Position numbers and translations under genes: made by a program. A stretch of DNA of 64,000 nt, from the IMG/VR virus record IMGVR_UViG_3300044981_000350, positions 9,440 to 73,439 of that record. One strand, given 5' to 3'. The notes under the pieces are model-generated. The model was not told the DNA's origin, did not search any database, and saw only the letters and a program-made list of their open reading frames with translations. The first letter of the stretch is position 1, and each line of letters opens with the position of its first letter. The DNA is from a virus. Shown in pieces: positions 18,080 to 28,375 of this stretch.

Positions 18080-19552
18080 ATGGCCGAATCGAACGACCGC
18101 GGCGATCGCGAAACCCCGACCGTGGTGATCGCCCCCGACTCCAACCGTGCGAACCGCGAGTATGAGGGGGTGGTGCGTGCAACCCTGCTTCGTTTTGGCT
18201 CCCCCGACCCCGACGGGGACCTCATCAAGACGAAGGATTATTGGAAGCACTGCCAAAGCGTGCGGATCGCCCCCGAGGTTTGCGGTGCGCTGATCTACGA
18301 GACGGTGCGGCATCGGCATGACCAGACGGTGATGCTTCGTGAAAACGTCGGCCTGATGGAACCGACCTCGGAGAAAATCTACAAGGGCCAACTGGTCGTT
18401 GTGGGCGGTGAGCCGCATGTGGTGCGCAAGATCGACGGGGACCTCATCACGGTCCGGAACTTCAACACGGGCGAAACATATGCCGTGACGCGAGACGCTG
18501 TCACGCCGGCGACTTCGGCCTCGGAACCATCGGCGGCCGCGCCGACGGATCGGGGCCAAGAGTGGGAAGTGCGTGTGCATCGCCACCGCGGTTACTCCCT
18601 TGCCAAGATGAAAGATGTCGCGGGCCGCAAGCCCGACGAGATCACGGACCGCAACATCATCTGGGGCGAGTTCTATGACGACGAACGCGCCAAGGAGTTC
18701 GCGCGGAAGCTCGCCCAGGGCGGCTTCATCGCCGTGTATGGGCCCCGCAACGAGCTCTATCGGAGCGGCGCCAACGAGAAAGCCGAGGATCGCGTCGGTT
18801 TCAAGTGGGTCGACGTCTCCTTCGCCAAGACGGAAGATGCCGAGAAGTTCTGCAAGCTAATCGAGAAGCAGGCTTCGAACATTGGCGCTTTCATGGGCGG
18901 CACCTCACACGGTGCGATCGTGACTACCAACGCGAACGACGCGACGATCCGGAAGGTGCTGAAGAAACACCGGTGGCAGGGCGCTTACTCGGTGCCGGCG
19001 GAGTTGAGCAGTGCCGCCGACGCCGGAGAATGTGCCGGTGACCCCTCCGCGATGGAAACCATCGAGGCGGTGGCGGAACCCATCGATTCCAACGCGGTGC
19101 CGTGGGTGAAGGTGACGCGTGATGTGGATCGCTACTCCGCTGCGGTGAAGACGGCCGACAAGATCGGGCCGATCAAAGATACGTGCAAGGTCTACGACCT
19201 CTTGGGTGACGCCCTCAATAAGGAGGACCAAGAGGTATTTTGTGTCGTGCTACTCGACCTCCGCGGGAACCTCCGGGGAGTCTGCGAAGTCGCCCGAGGG
19301 CAACGCTCACGTGTGACGGTCGGTGTCGCTGACGTGCTGCGGCCGGTCATCGCGAGTGGCGCCGAGGGCTACCTAGTCGTTCATCAGCACCCGAGCGGAA
19401 AGGCGATGCCGAGTAAAGCCGATCGCGATCTTACGCGCCTCATCGCGGAGGCCACGAAGCCCTACGGCAAAGACGTGTGCTTCATCGATCACGTGGTCAT
19501 CGGCATCGGGCAGGCCTATTCGATCTGTGAGTCGAAGCTCTACAAGTGCTGA
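18080..19552 (+). CDS. multidomain protein with C-terminal RadC-like JAB domain
   Basis: QEVFCVVLLD, VVHQHPSG..PSKADRDLT, FIDHVVIG; about 330 aa of unassigned N-terminal domains. Confidence 0.8.
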   Translation: MAESNDRGDRETPTVVIAPDSNRANREYEGVVRATLLRFGSPDPDGDLIKTKDYWKHCQSVRIAPEVCGALIYETVRHRHDQTVMLRENVGLMEPTSEKIYKGQLVVVGGEPHVVRKIDGDLITVRNFNTGETYAVTRDAVTPATSASEPSAAAPTDRGQEWEVRVHRHRGYSLAKMKDVAGRKPDEITDRNIIWGEFYDDERAKEFARKLAQGGFIAVYGPRNELYRSGANEKAEDRVGFKWVDVSFAKTEDAEKFCKLIEKQASNIGAFMGGTSHGAIVTTNANDATIRKVLKKHRWQGAYSVPAELSSAADAGECAGDPSAMETIEAVAEPIDSNAVPWVKVTRDVDRYSAAVKTADKIGPIKDTCKVYDLLGDALNKEDQEVFCVVLLDLRGNLRGVCEVARGQRSRVTVGVADVLRPVIASGAEGYLVVHQHPSGKAMPSKADRDLTRLIAEATKPYGKDVCFIDHVVIGIGQAYSICESKLYKC

Positions 19553-19637
19553 TGGCTTGCGTTTTTCGGTAGCGGCCCCAACATAGGCCTGCTAAGAAAC
19601 CTCCCTCACCTTCTCATCCCCGGGGAACTACCACCAG

Positions 19638-20252
19638 ATGCCGATCACGGACGTCAAAGAGTTCGGGCAGTACATCCAGGACAGCGCCGCATCCGACATC
19701 GATGAGCTGCCGAAGTGCGGCACCGTTGGATGGTTCGGGCCCAACCAAGGCTTCATGTACTTCGAGGTGTTCAAGCCGAACCCCCTCGACGTTTACTCGA
19801 CCATCTTCGCGATCTTCCAAAGCGACGATACGATCCGCATCTATCAGCTTCCGGGCGCCAAACCCCCCAACACGCCCGACGACAAGTGGCGCATCCGCCC
19901 CCCTTCGCGTTGGACCCTAACCCGGGTGGCGCCCACCTACGTCTCTGAGGCTTTCCCGAGCATGGATGCCATCGCCGATGCTATCGTCGCGGAGTTCGAC
20001 GAGCTTGGTGAAGCCTCCGCCAGCGCCGACGTGGAACTGACGCGGGTGATCGAGTTCCTCGAAGCCGCGAGCCCCCTCACACCCGTGCGTGAGCTCGTCG
20101 AGCAGTTGGGCGATCTTCAACACCGCGAGATCGATGACGACGATGACGAGGAGCCGGAAACGGATCCCGCCGGTGCGGCCCCCACGGTTTCATCCCCACC
20201 AACCCCCGTGCCTCTTGCCCCCGTGCCCCCCTCCACAACGGAACCCCGATAA
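19638..20252 (+). CDS. hypothetical acidic/Pro-rich protein
   Basis: ORF with typical codon usage heading the structural block. Confidence 0.6.
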   Translation: MPITDVKEFGQYIQDSAASDIDELPKCGTVGWFGPNQGFMYFEVFKPNPLDVYSTIFAIFQSDDTIRIYQLPGAKPPNTPDDKWRIRPPSRWTLTRVAPTYVSEAFPSMDAIADAIVAEFDELGEASASADVELTRVIEFLEAASPLTPVRELVEQLGDLQHREIDDDDDEEPETDPAGAAPTVSSPPTPVPLAPVPPSTTEPR

Positions 20253-21104
20253 ATGACGTCGACGGCCACCCTTACGTACACCGCCTTCCTCGGTGGTGCG
20301 ACGGACACCGAGCTCGCGGCCCTCATAAGCGCGGTGCCGGTGCCCCCTTCGGTGTTGAACGCGCTCGGCCTGCGGGTCATCTCCGACAACACGCCGGTGG
20401 CTAACCCGGTCGTCCGGACGATTGTGCTCGCATTGAATCCCGCTAGCACCGCGACGGCCACCGCGGCCCTCGCGACCCAGAATTCCGGGAGCGCAGTTGG
20501 GGCCATCACGGTCACGAGCCCGGGTTCGGGGTATGTCCTGCCCCCCATCGTTTCCTTCACTGGAGGCCGCCCCGCCAACGTGGTGGTCGCAGGTTTCCCA
20601 ACGCTTTCCACCGATGTCAATCAGCTGGCGGTGTCGGCTAATAGCCCCGCAGCCGCCCAGGCCTATTTGAAGGTGGTAAGCACCAACATCGCGGCGGGCG
20701 GCTCGGGCTATTCCGCCGGCACCACGTTGAGCGTCGTGGGTGCGCAAGAGCAAGGCGCAACCCCAGCGGTACTCACCCCCACGATTGTGGGCGGCGTCAT
20801 CACCGCCGTGGCTATCACGAACGCAGGCGATGGCTACACCGGGATCCCGCAGGTGTTCGCGGTCGATCCGATGGGGACCGGCTCGGGCGCGGTCATCACG
20901 GCCGGCATGGGCGTTGGGAACATCGCGCTCTATCGTGGCGGCACCGGATACATTTCGGCACCGACGGTGGTGCTCACGCCGGCCTTTCAGGCCCTCTTCC
21001 CCCCCACGGGCGATCAGGCCTATCCCCTTCAGCAACTCATGACGTCGGCACTCGAGGTCGCGACCATGGGGCCGGTGTTTGCAAGCCCGGTGATGATCGC
21101 GTGA
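20253..21104 (+). CDS. putative virion protein with G(S/D/T)GY beta repeats
   Basis: Four ITVTSPGSGY..PP.V-type repeats. Confidence 0.55.
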   Translation: MTSTATLTYTAFLGGATDTELAALISAVPVPPSVLNALGLRVISDNTPVANPVVRTIVLALNPASTATATAALATQNSGSAVGAITVTSPGSGYVLPPIVSFTGGRPANVVVAGFPTLSTDVNQLAVSANSPAAAQAYLKVVSTNIAAGGSGYSAGTTLSVVGAQEQGATPAVLTPTIVGGVITAVAITNAGDGYTGIPQVFAVDPMGTGSGAVITAGMGVGNIALYRGGTGYISAPTVVLTPAFQALFPPTGDQAYPLQQLMTSALEVATMGPVFASPVMIA

Positions 21105-21264
21105 AGCCGGCCGACAATCACCCGTTCAAAACCCGCCGCCGCGCCATCGCGGGCCCGAACGTCGACGACGCGCCCGCGAAACACCCACGCCCCGATTGGA
21201 TGTCGAACAAGGATTTGCTCCCCAAGAAGCCGCCCGTGGGTCCGTCGACCCCGAAGGACTACCG

Positions 21265-22773
21265 ATGAGTGACGATTTGGATCTCGAAGACACGTCGGAA
21301 GAGGAGCCCGAGGAGACCCCCAAGCCCGCACCGCGCAAGTCGATGCGGCCAAAACGCGGGGTTGGAAACGCAGGTGCATTACCGGCGGCCGTCGGCGTAG
21401 CCCCCGGGGCCCCCGCGCCATTCCGCCGCCAAGCTTCCGAGGCCGATGCGGTGTGGAATGAGCTCGTCGCGTGGCTTCCTTCTGCGGGATTGACCCCGCG
21501 TGACATCGCGATCCAAGTGCGTCGCGTCGCGCCCCCCGCGCCCTCCGGTGAACCCCTCCCGATCGGTCGCGCGTTCGGCGGCGAGATGGTGAGCGGGAAC
21601 AACACCGAGCCCCCCGGCTCTGCGCTTGTGCAGTTCGTCATGCGCTACATGCACATGCCCCTCACCCAGACACCGGCCAGCTACGATCTCATGTTCATGC
21701 GCAAGGCCACCGGCGCGCAACTCGCGACGGGCCGCTTGGCATTGCCTTCGGCTCAAGATTGCCAGGCGATGTTGCAGGCCGGCGAGCAAGCCGGTTTGGG
21801 GGCCCCGGGCGCACCGCCACAACAGATGTGGCAACCGCCGCCGATGTATCCGCAGGGCCCGGGGTTACCGCAGGGGTACCCTTGGCCTTCACAAGGGACC
21901 GGCTATCCCCAGACCTACCCCTCGGCGCAATTCGGGCCGCCCCCACAACCCACTGCGCCGCAAGGATTCGCGGCCCCCGGAATGGATCCCGGGGTGATGA
22001 GCGAACTCGCCTCACTCCGCGGTGCGCTCGGTGAAGCACTCGCAGCGGCGCGCGAAGGCCGTCAACCGAATATCCCCGGCATGACGCCCCCCGCAACCCC
22101 TACGGGCACCGGCGGCCTTACCGATCTCGATGTCGATCGCATTGCCGCACGCGTCGCGACGATGATGGGCGCGGTTGCAAAAACAGTGGGGGCCCCGCCG
22201 GCACCTCCTCCGCCCGTCCCGACGGTTGCGGCGCCTCCCCCGGATTCGAGCCTCGAAGGGATGATGCGCACCGCGGTCGCCGGCATGACCAAGCGCATCT
22301 TCGACACCGCCCTCGGGAGTGTCGAAAAGAGCGTGACGCGATCCATCGGCATCGGCGGTCTGCCGGGTGGTTCAGAAGACGATGGGGATGAAGAGCGGCC
22401 GGCGCCCGCGGAGATCATTCCGCCGGAGAAGCCCGAAGACATGGTGCCGTGGAAGGTCGGCGACGTCGGGGCCAACTGGAGTAACGGAAGCCCCGTCAAG
22501 ATCGCGATGAACAAGGAGACGGGGAAATTGGATCCCATGGGCCTCGCCTTTGCGAACCCCGCGGTGGCCGAAAAGCTCATCGACGTCGCCAACGGTCTCG
22601 GGATGGCACTTCAGGATGCGATCAAAAACTTCGGGGCGAAACCCGGAGTCGGCGCACCGCCGCAGCCGAGCCCCCACGTGGTGCATTCGATCCCCGCCGG
22701 CGCCGTCGACGCTACGGTCGGGGCCTCAGATGATACGCCGCAAGCAATTCCCGACGGTTGGCAAGCGCCGTGA
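21265..22773 (+). CDS. Pro/Gln-rich hypothetical (structural or assembly) protein
   Basis: GAAGGA RBS before MSDDLD; contains AGLGA and GVGA motifs. Confidence 0.6.
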   Translation: MSDDLDLEDTSEEEPEETPKPAPRKSMRPKRGVGNAGALPAAVGVAPGAPAPFRRQASEADAVWNELVAWLPSAGLTPRDIAIQVRRVAPPAPSGEPLPIGRAFGGEMVSGNNTEPPGSALVQFVMRYMHMPLTQTPASYDLMFMRKATGAQLATGRLALPSAQDCQAMLQAGEQAGLGAPGAPPQQMWQPPPMYPQGPGLPQGYPWPSQGTGYPQTYPSAQFGPPPQPTAPQGFAAPGMDPGVMSELASLRGALGEALAAAREGRQPNIPGMTPPATPTGTGGLTDLDVDRIAARVATMMGAVAKTVGAPPAPPPPVPTVAAPPPDSSLEGMMRTAVAGMTKRIFDTALGSVEKSVTRSIGIGGLPGGSEDDGDEERPAPAEIIPPEKPEDMVPWKVGDVGANWSNGSPVKIAMNKETGKLDPMGLAFANPAVAEKLIDVANGLGMALQDAIKNFGAKPGVGAPPQPSPHVVHSIPAGAVDATVGASDDTPQAIPDGWQAP

Positions 22774-22889
22774 CTTGGTGCGATCTCGCCGAAATCGCCC
22801 TTTCGTTCGCGTCGGCGCCGGTTACGATGATGGCCCTCGCCTGCCTGGAGTGGTGGATCGAACGCAGCCGACCCGTGTGATAGGCTTCG

Positions 22890-24200
22890 GTGGTGGTGAC
22901 GCCCCATTGGCCGTCGTATCAAGGCACGGCCCGACGGGGCCTCGGGCTCGACGTGGGATCGCTCACGACGGTCGCCAGCAGCGCGGGCGCTGCGGCCAAC
23001 GCCGGAGACGTCTTCAACCCGGATGATCCAACGCAGGATCTACCGGGGCAGGCTACGGCTCAGTTCAACTCGTTGGTGAATTCGGCCCAGCCCGCGGTAG
23101 CTCTACAGCAACAGCTTCAAAGCGCGATCGGCTCCGCCACCGGCCAAGCCCAAGCGGCTTTCCAAGGGTATGCGGGCGAGATCCAGGCCATCGAGAGCTA
23201 CCCCGGGGCGGCGGAGGCGGCCGAAGGGATGATCACGGCCGCCGGTGGTGGTGTGCCGACGGACGCTCAGCTCCAAGGGGCCTTCACCGTCGCGGCAACC
23301 GCCGGTGCCGTGGCCCTCGGTGCGACCGCGACGGCCGCGGCGACTATCGTGGCGCCCCTCTGCGCGGTCGTATGGGGAGCCGGGTACGCGATTGGGGCCC
23401 TCGTCCAAAACATCCTCGGGATCACGAGCGGTAGCCCTGCACCATGCTCCGGCGGCGACACCGCGGTGTACGGAACATCTCCCGGAGATCCGAACTGGCA
23501 AACGTACATGGGGTTATCGGGCCCAGAGCTCGGCGCACCGTGGGGCCCCTACGCACCCCAGCAAGCAGCGAACATCCAAACGTTGAAGAGCCTCGCCGGT
23601 AACCCGACGTACGGCGCCCCTGCGAACTGGCCCTATTGGACCCCGTACACGCGAGGGGCCTTCGAGAACTGGGCCGGCGGGATCATCATCCACGCCGAAG
23701 AGCTTTGGATGAATTGCAAGAAGGTGCCGCCGGACAACACGGCGACCACGCTCTTGAAGGGTCTCGTAGGGGCGTGGAACGCGCAGTACCCCAATGCGCC
23801 GAAGCGTCAGATCAACATCGCCGGCCTGGGGCCGACACCATTGGATGGCCAGATCAAGACGCTGAGCAACACGTCGTTTCCAACAAGTTTTCGGCCCCCG
23901 CTCTATTGGCAATGGATGGCATGGCAGGGCGATCCCATTCAGTACCTCTTGACCCAGGTCTCGAATGAGCAAGGGGGGAATATCGCGATCACCGTCGCCG
24001 ACCCACCCCTGACGCCCCCCGCGGCCTCGGCCCCTACTACTTCCGCGGGTACCGCCGTCGCCAACGTCGCGGCCGGTACCGCCGTCGTCGGCGGGGCGGC
24101 ACTCACCGGGACCGCAGTGTATGCTTTTGCCAAGGGTCAAGCCGTCAGCACCGTCCTCAAGTCGGGCTTGCTCGCGATCAAGGGATGGTTCATTCGATGA
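22890..24200 (+). CDS. putative virion membrane protein
   Basis: N-terminal RRGLG, internal and C-terminal hydrophobic segments; exact GTG start uncertain. Confidence 0.65.
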   Translation: MVVTPHWPSYQGTARRGLGLDVGSLTTVASSAGAAANAGDVFNPDDPTQDLPGQATAQFNSLVNSAQPAVALQQQLQSAIGSATGQAQAAFQGYAGEIQAIESYPGAAEAAEGMITAAGGGVPTDAQLQGAFTVAATAGAVALGATATAAATIVAPLCAVVWGAGYAIGALVQNILGITSGSPAPCSGGDTAVYGTSPGDPNWQTYMGLSGPELGAPWGPYAPQQAANIQTLKSLAGNPTYGAPANWPYWTPYTRGAFENWAGGIIIHAEELWMNCKKVPPDNTATTLLKGLVGAWNAQYPNAPKRQINIAGLGPTPLDGQIKTLSNTSFPTSFRPPLYWQWMAWQGDPIQYLLTQVSNEQGGNIAITVADPPLTPPAASAPTTSAGTAVANVAAGTAVVGGAALTGTAVYAFAKGQAVSTVLKSGLLAIKGWFIR

Positions 24201-24640
24201 AACGCCGCCGCAGAGCTCGCGCGAACCCGACGGGGGCCCAATGGCTCCTCATCTCGGGTGCAATCGGCGCCGTCGGTGTGCTGGGCTACCTCGTCTACAA
24301 GGCGAACGCCCCCGCTGCATCGCTCCCCTCCGGTGCCGGCTCGACCTACAACGTTCAGCTCTCTTCGGGTTCTCTCCCGACCATCACGATGTCGCTCTCG
24401 AAGGGCGACCAGATGAGCCTCACGCCCCCCGCGGGCGGTACCCTCCCCACCGTGACCTTCAGCCCCACGAACATCGTCGGCCCCAACCCCAACGGGGCCT
24501 ACCTTGCCTACTCACCGATCGCGGTCGGTAGTACGACGTGCACGGTCAACTACACCGACACGACCGATACAACCAGCACGACGAGCACCGCCACCGGCAA
24601 CACCGAAACCGCAACCTTCACCGTGAACGTGACAGCTTGA
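24197..24640 (+). CDS. NP-leader membrane protein with Thr-rich beta ectodomain
   Basis: MKRRRRARANP + TM helix; ATGA coupling. Confidence 0.75.
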   Translation: MKRRRRARANPTGAQWLLISGAIGAVGVLGYLVYKANAPAASLPSGAGSTYNVQLSSGSLPTITMSLSKGDQMSLTPPAGGTLPTVTFSPTNIVGPNPNGAYLAYSPIAVGSTTCTVNYTDTTDTTSTTSTATGNTETATFTVNVTA

Positions 24641-24840
24641 TGGCTCGGCGTCGCGCGCGGGCGAACCCCGGAGTGGATGTGTGGCTCGCGCTTGGCGCAG
24701 GCGTCGCCTTGCTCGGTGCCGGCATCTACTTCTTCACCAGACCGGCAGCCACCACAAGCACTACCGGCACCGGCGCACTTCCCCCAAGCACCCACCGCGC
24801 GGCCATCCCGATGGTCTACACCGCCCGCCTCACTTCCTGA
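24640..24840 (+). CDS. small NP-leader membrane protein
   Basis: MARRRARANP + TM helix; TGATG coupling. Confidence 0.75.
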   Translation: MARRRARANPGVDVWLALGAGVALLGAGIYFFTRPAATTSTTGTGALPPSTHRAAIPMVYTARLTS

Positions 24841-24852
24841 TCGGAAACCCCC

Positions 24853-25299
24853 ATGGCCCGTCGACGCAAGCGCACCCGTAAGACTGAAGTTCGAGAGAAC
24901 GGCCCCGAGCTCCTCTGGATTCTCGCTGGGTTGGGCGTTCTCGGCGCTGGCACCGTGGTCTACCTCGCAACGCGGCCCCCGGCGACGACGACTCCCTCGT
25001 CGGCCGCGGTGCAGGCGGCGACGCAAGCGCGCCTCAACGCGATCGAGTCGAACATCGCTGATCTGGCCAATGAAGGAATCCCGGCGCCGGTGAGTGATAC
25101 GATCCCGAACAACGTCGCCACGGCTCTTTCGAACGGTGGCGGTAGTACGGGCCCCGTGAACACCGGGAACGCCGACGTCGACAACGCTGCGAACAGCGCG
25201 ATCAATAACGCTACGGGCCAAGCTACCGACGCGGTGAATAACGCGACGAGCAGCGCCGGCAACGCGGTGAACAGCGCGGCCTCTCAGCTCGGATTCTGA
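24853..25299 (+). CDS. NP-leader-variant membrane protein
   Basis: MARRRKRTRKTEVRENGP + TM; Asn/Ala-rich tail. Confidence 0.75.
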   Translation: MARRRKRTRKTEVRENGPELLWILAGLGVLGAGTVVYLATRPPATTTPSSAAVQAATQARLNAIESNIADLANEGIPAPVSDTIPNNVATALSNGGGSTGPVNTGNADVDNAANSAINNATGQATDAVNNATSSAGNAVNSAASQLGF

Positions 25300-25308
25300 T
25301 CTTTTCCG

Positions 25309-25920
25309 ATGGCGCGCGCTCGTGAAAACCCCATTGAGCTGGCCGTGTGGCTCATCGCTGCCCTCGCGGCCGCAGCGACAGGTACGGTTGTCTACGTAGC
25401 TGCGAAGAAGAGCGCATCGAACGCCGCGGCCACTGCGGCGACAACGGCCGCGAACAATGCGGTGCTCATCGGCCCCGCCATCACGAACCCCGAGGCCGGC
25501 GGCGCGGGAAACTCTGTCGCCGAAGCGGCCAACGCCGCCTTTGTGGCCGATCAGCAAGCCGCCGCCGCGGCCGCCGCCGCCAACGCCGCCCACCTCGCGA
25601 CGTTGACCGACACGACCTACCAGCTTTCATTGAGCGGGCAGGCCCCCTCAGCGACCGCCAGCTTTCTCCTCAAGGTCGGCGACACGATCCAGATCACGCC
25701 GAGTATGGCCGGGGACCCGCCCGTGGCTCGGGTGTGGACCTACAGCCCCGTGAGCTCTAGCAGCATCATCCAAGAGTTGGGCTCGGCCGATGGGGTGAGC
25801 GCCACCTTCAAAGCGACCGCCCCGGGCTCGGGGGTTCTCCTCGTGCAGAACGTCATGGCTGGCAACCAGAATGTCGTCTACATGACCTACACCGTCAACG
25901 TCGAGGTCATCGCAACGTAG
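25309..25920 (+). CDS. NP-leader membrane protein with Ig-like C-terminal domain
   Basis: MARARENP + TM; LKVGDTIQIT...TFKATAPGSG beta pattern. Confidence 0.75.
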   Translation: MARARENPIELAVWLIAALAAAATGTVVYVAAKKSASNAAATAATTAANNAVLIGPAITNPEAGGAGNSVAEAANAAFVADQQAAAAAAAANAAHLATLTDTTYQLSLSGQAPSATASFLLKVGDTIQITPSMAGDPPVARVWTYSPVSSSSIIQELGSADGVSATFKATAPGSGVLLVQNVMAGNQNVVYMTYTVNVEVIAT

Positions 25921-25996
25921 GGGCGAACATAGGGTATTGGAGGCATGGGCGGGGGCAGCCTTAGCCAATTCTGCCCCGCCGCAGTAAACTCCCTCT

Positions 25997-26266
25997 ATGG
26001 ACGTCAAGTCGGGCGCTCTGGTCGGTTTCGTGACGGCCCTCGGGGGTGTCGCCGGCCTCGTGTTCGGATACACGGCTGCGTCGCTGGTCGACGCCAAGAA
26101 GCCCGGTGAGGTCGCGGTAGGGTTCGGGGTGATCGGCGGCCTGGTGGCCTCCTTCGCGGCCGGCACCATCATCGCACCGGACGCAACTACGACGACCAGC
26201 ACGACCACAACGACCCCCACCCCGGCGGTGGGCTCTTCCGGGATTCCGGCGCAACTCAGCCGATAA
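25997..26266 (+). CDS. two-TM small membrane protein
   Basis: Two GxxxG-rich hydrophobic helices; TAAACT 6 nt before the ATG. Confidence 0.7.
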   Translation: MDVKSGALVGFVTALGGVAGLVFGYTAASLVDAKKPGEVAVGFGVIGGLVASFAAGTIIAPDATTTTSTTTTTPTPAVGSSGIPAQLSR

Positions 26267-26277
26267 AGGGCCCGGCC

Positions 26278-27492
26278 GTGGCCGACTTCAACCCCGCACT
26301 TCCCGCGACGGCGACCCGGCGGCCCTACCCCGATGGGGCCCCGGGCATTCGCATGTCCCTTGAGGCCATGGCGCAGAAGATGCGCGAGGGTCGGTTGGAC
26401 CCCGGCGTGCGGGGATGGGCGATTCAGGCGTTGAAGGATGCGGGGATCGACGGGCGTGGAAACACGACGGTGCGCGCGCAGGCTTCGGCGCTCTTGGATG
26501 CATTGCGGGCGGTCACGACATACGCACCAGATCCCTACGGGGCCGAGTATATCCCTAGCGCCGCCGCCACGTTGTGCCTCAAGCCAAACCTCTGCGTCAA
26601 CGGCGAAGACTGCGACGGGTTGAGCGTTGCACTCGGAAGCCTGATGCTGTCGATTGGGATCCCGACCCAGATCGTCAAGCAGACCTTCGGGGGCGGCGCC
26701 CAAGAGCACGTCCTCATCGCGATCTACGACGGGACCGATTGGCTTTACGCTGATCCGTCGACGCGGTTGCCGCTCGGGGGCGCCGTGAGTGCAGCGCGCG
26801 AAGATTGGATCGATCCGATGGGTGCGGTGGGCCCTCTGCCGGAGGCGCAACCCGAGATCATCACCCTCGGAAAACCGCGCGGCCTCGGGAGCGTTCTCGG
26901 GTACCCGACGACTTCCGACGCGCACCAACTCCTCGACACGGCGATCTACAACGCCGGCCAGCTGAAGACCGCGTGGGATAACTGCAACAGCTGCACAGGC
27001 GCTTCGTCGACCACGTGCGGATGGCCTGACCCGGGTACGACTAACATTTCCGCAACCGGCCCCGGCGCCGATGCGTGGGCTGCGTGGCAAGCCGACTGCG
27101 GCAGTATGATCAACGACCTCAATACGCTCGTCGCGCAATGGAACGCGCAGAGCGCGACGGCTGCGCACTGGATGGATTCGTGGAGCTACGACCCGCTTTT
27201 TTGGGATCAGATCCGCGGTATCATCGAGCGTCAGATCGATCTCGATCAGCGCTTCCGAAACAGCGGCACTAACTGCGCGCTCCCGACTTACCCGAATGAG
27301 CCGCAGCCGATCGCTACGAACGACCCCGACCAGTGGGTTTACCAGGATGCGAACAGCGCGATCAAAGGGGTCGAGAGCGTTGCGGCCAATGCGGTGAAGC
27401 CGGTGTCGATCGCGATCGGCGGCATCGCAGTCGGCTTGATGCTCGCCGCCGGCGGTTACTTCCTTCTTGATCGACTCATCCCCCGGCGATGA
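26278..27492 (+). CDS. transglutaminase-like cysteine protease with C-terminal membrane anchor
   Basis: Catalytic triad pattern GEDCDG..VAL, EHVLIAI, WLYADPS; internal RGLG; C-terminal TM. Confidence 0.8.
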   Translation: MADFNPALPATATRRPYPDGAPGIRMSLEAMAQKMREGRLDPGVRGWAIQALKDAGIDGRGNTTVRAQASALLDALRAVTTYAPDPYGAEYIPSAAATLCLKPNLCVNGEDCDGLSVALGSLMLSIGIPTQIVKQTFGGGAQEHVLIAIYDGTDWLYADPSTRLPLGGAVSAAREDWIDPMGAVGPLPEAQPEIITLGKPRGLGSVLGYPTTSDAHQLLDTAIYNAGQLKTAWDNCNSCTGASSTTCGWPDPGTTNISATGPGADAWAAWQADCGSMINDLNTLVAQWNAQSATAAHWMDSWSYDPLFWDQIRGIIERQIDLDQRFRNSGTNCALPTYPNEPQPIATNDPDQWVYQDANSAIKGVESVAANAVKPVSIAIGGIAVGLMLAAGGYFLLDRLIPRR

Positions 27493-28142
27493 CCATGGGC
27501 TTGGTCGCTCCCGGTTCCTCCACGGCGTCGACCATCGCCCAATATTTTTTCTGGGGCGTCGTCGCCGCGGGGCTCGGCACCATCGGCTACTACATCTTCG
27601 CGCCGATCCCTCACGAGCGGGATAACCCTCGGCTCGGATCCGGCGGCCCGCGCGGTGGCTCGAAGAAACGCAAGCTGCCGATCGTGAAGGGCCGGAGCTG
27701 TCGGTTTGAAATGAAGGAAGGCCCCGATGTCACGTGCGCGGGGGCGATGCTCCACGACCCAACGGGCAAGGCATGGCCGGCGCGTTCCGTTTTGTGCGGG
27801 CCCATTCGGCGCAAACTTCGGAAGGCATCCGATGCGGAGCTCGAGGGGGCGGGCCGCCACTACTTCGGCGGGAGTTATCCCGCGCGCGTCGTTGAAATCG
27901 ATGCGCCCAACCGCAGCATGGAAGGTTGGCGGTACCTCGGCGAGGTTGAGCGGATCTACTACACGCGCGTGGGTCGAAAAAACGGCAATGTGCGGTTCCA
28001 ACATCCCTTCAACAAACCGAGCGCGCTCGCGACGGTGATGAAGGGCCGGGGCAGGGTGCGGCTATACCGTAAGGGCCGCTTCGTTCGGTTGGAGCTCCCG
28101 CGGGGTAGCATTCTTGACAGTAGAGGCTATGTTTGGCCCTGA
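27489..28142 (+). CDS. membrane-anchored basic protein (ERDNP after TM)
   Basis: N-terminal TM then ERDNP and a basic domain (LGEVERIYY...FQHPF). Confidence 0.65.
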   Translation: MTMGLVAPGSSTASTIAQYFFWGVVAAGLGTIGYYIFAPIPHERDNPRLGSGGPRGGSKKRKLPIVKGRSCRFEMKEGPDVTCAGAMLHDPTGKAWPARSVLCGPIRRKLRKASDAELEGAGRHYFGGSYPARVVEIDAPNRSMEGWRYLGEVERIYYTRVGRKNGNVRFQHPFNKPSALATVMKGRGRVRLYRKGRFVRLELPRGSILDSRGYVWP

Positions 28143-28375
28143 TGACAAATAATCGGTCTCTCATCGTGGAATACAAAGGCGGCCTTGATGTGAGCATCGA
28201 CCGGGCGGTGGAGAAGGGCGCCCGAAAAGAACGGGACGGCTCGGGGTTTTCGTTCCTCGATGGAACTCGGGATCTCTCGTTCTCATTCACGCAGGGCCGT
28301 TTCGCCGAGGCTGCGAAGGCTCGAATCAAAGCCATGCTTGGGCGAAAGGTCACCACCCGCATTGTCTCTCACTGA
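28142..28375 (+). CDS. small hypothetical protein
   Basis: DGSGFSFLDGTRDLSFSF; TGATG coupling. Confidence 0.55.
   Translation: MTNNRSLIVEYKGGLDVSIDRAVEKGARKERDGSGFSFLDGTRDLSFSFTQGRFAEAAKARIKAMLGRKVTTRIVSH

Noticed and set aside
20253-21104. Myovirus tail sheath or baseplate
   Set aside because: GSGY repeats occur in such proteins, but this one is short and no other tail genes accompany it
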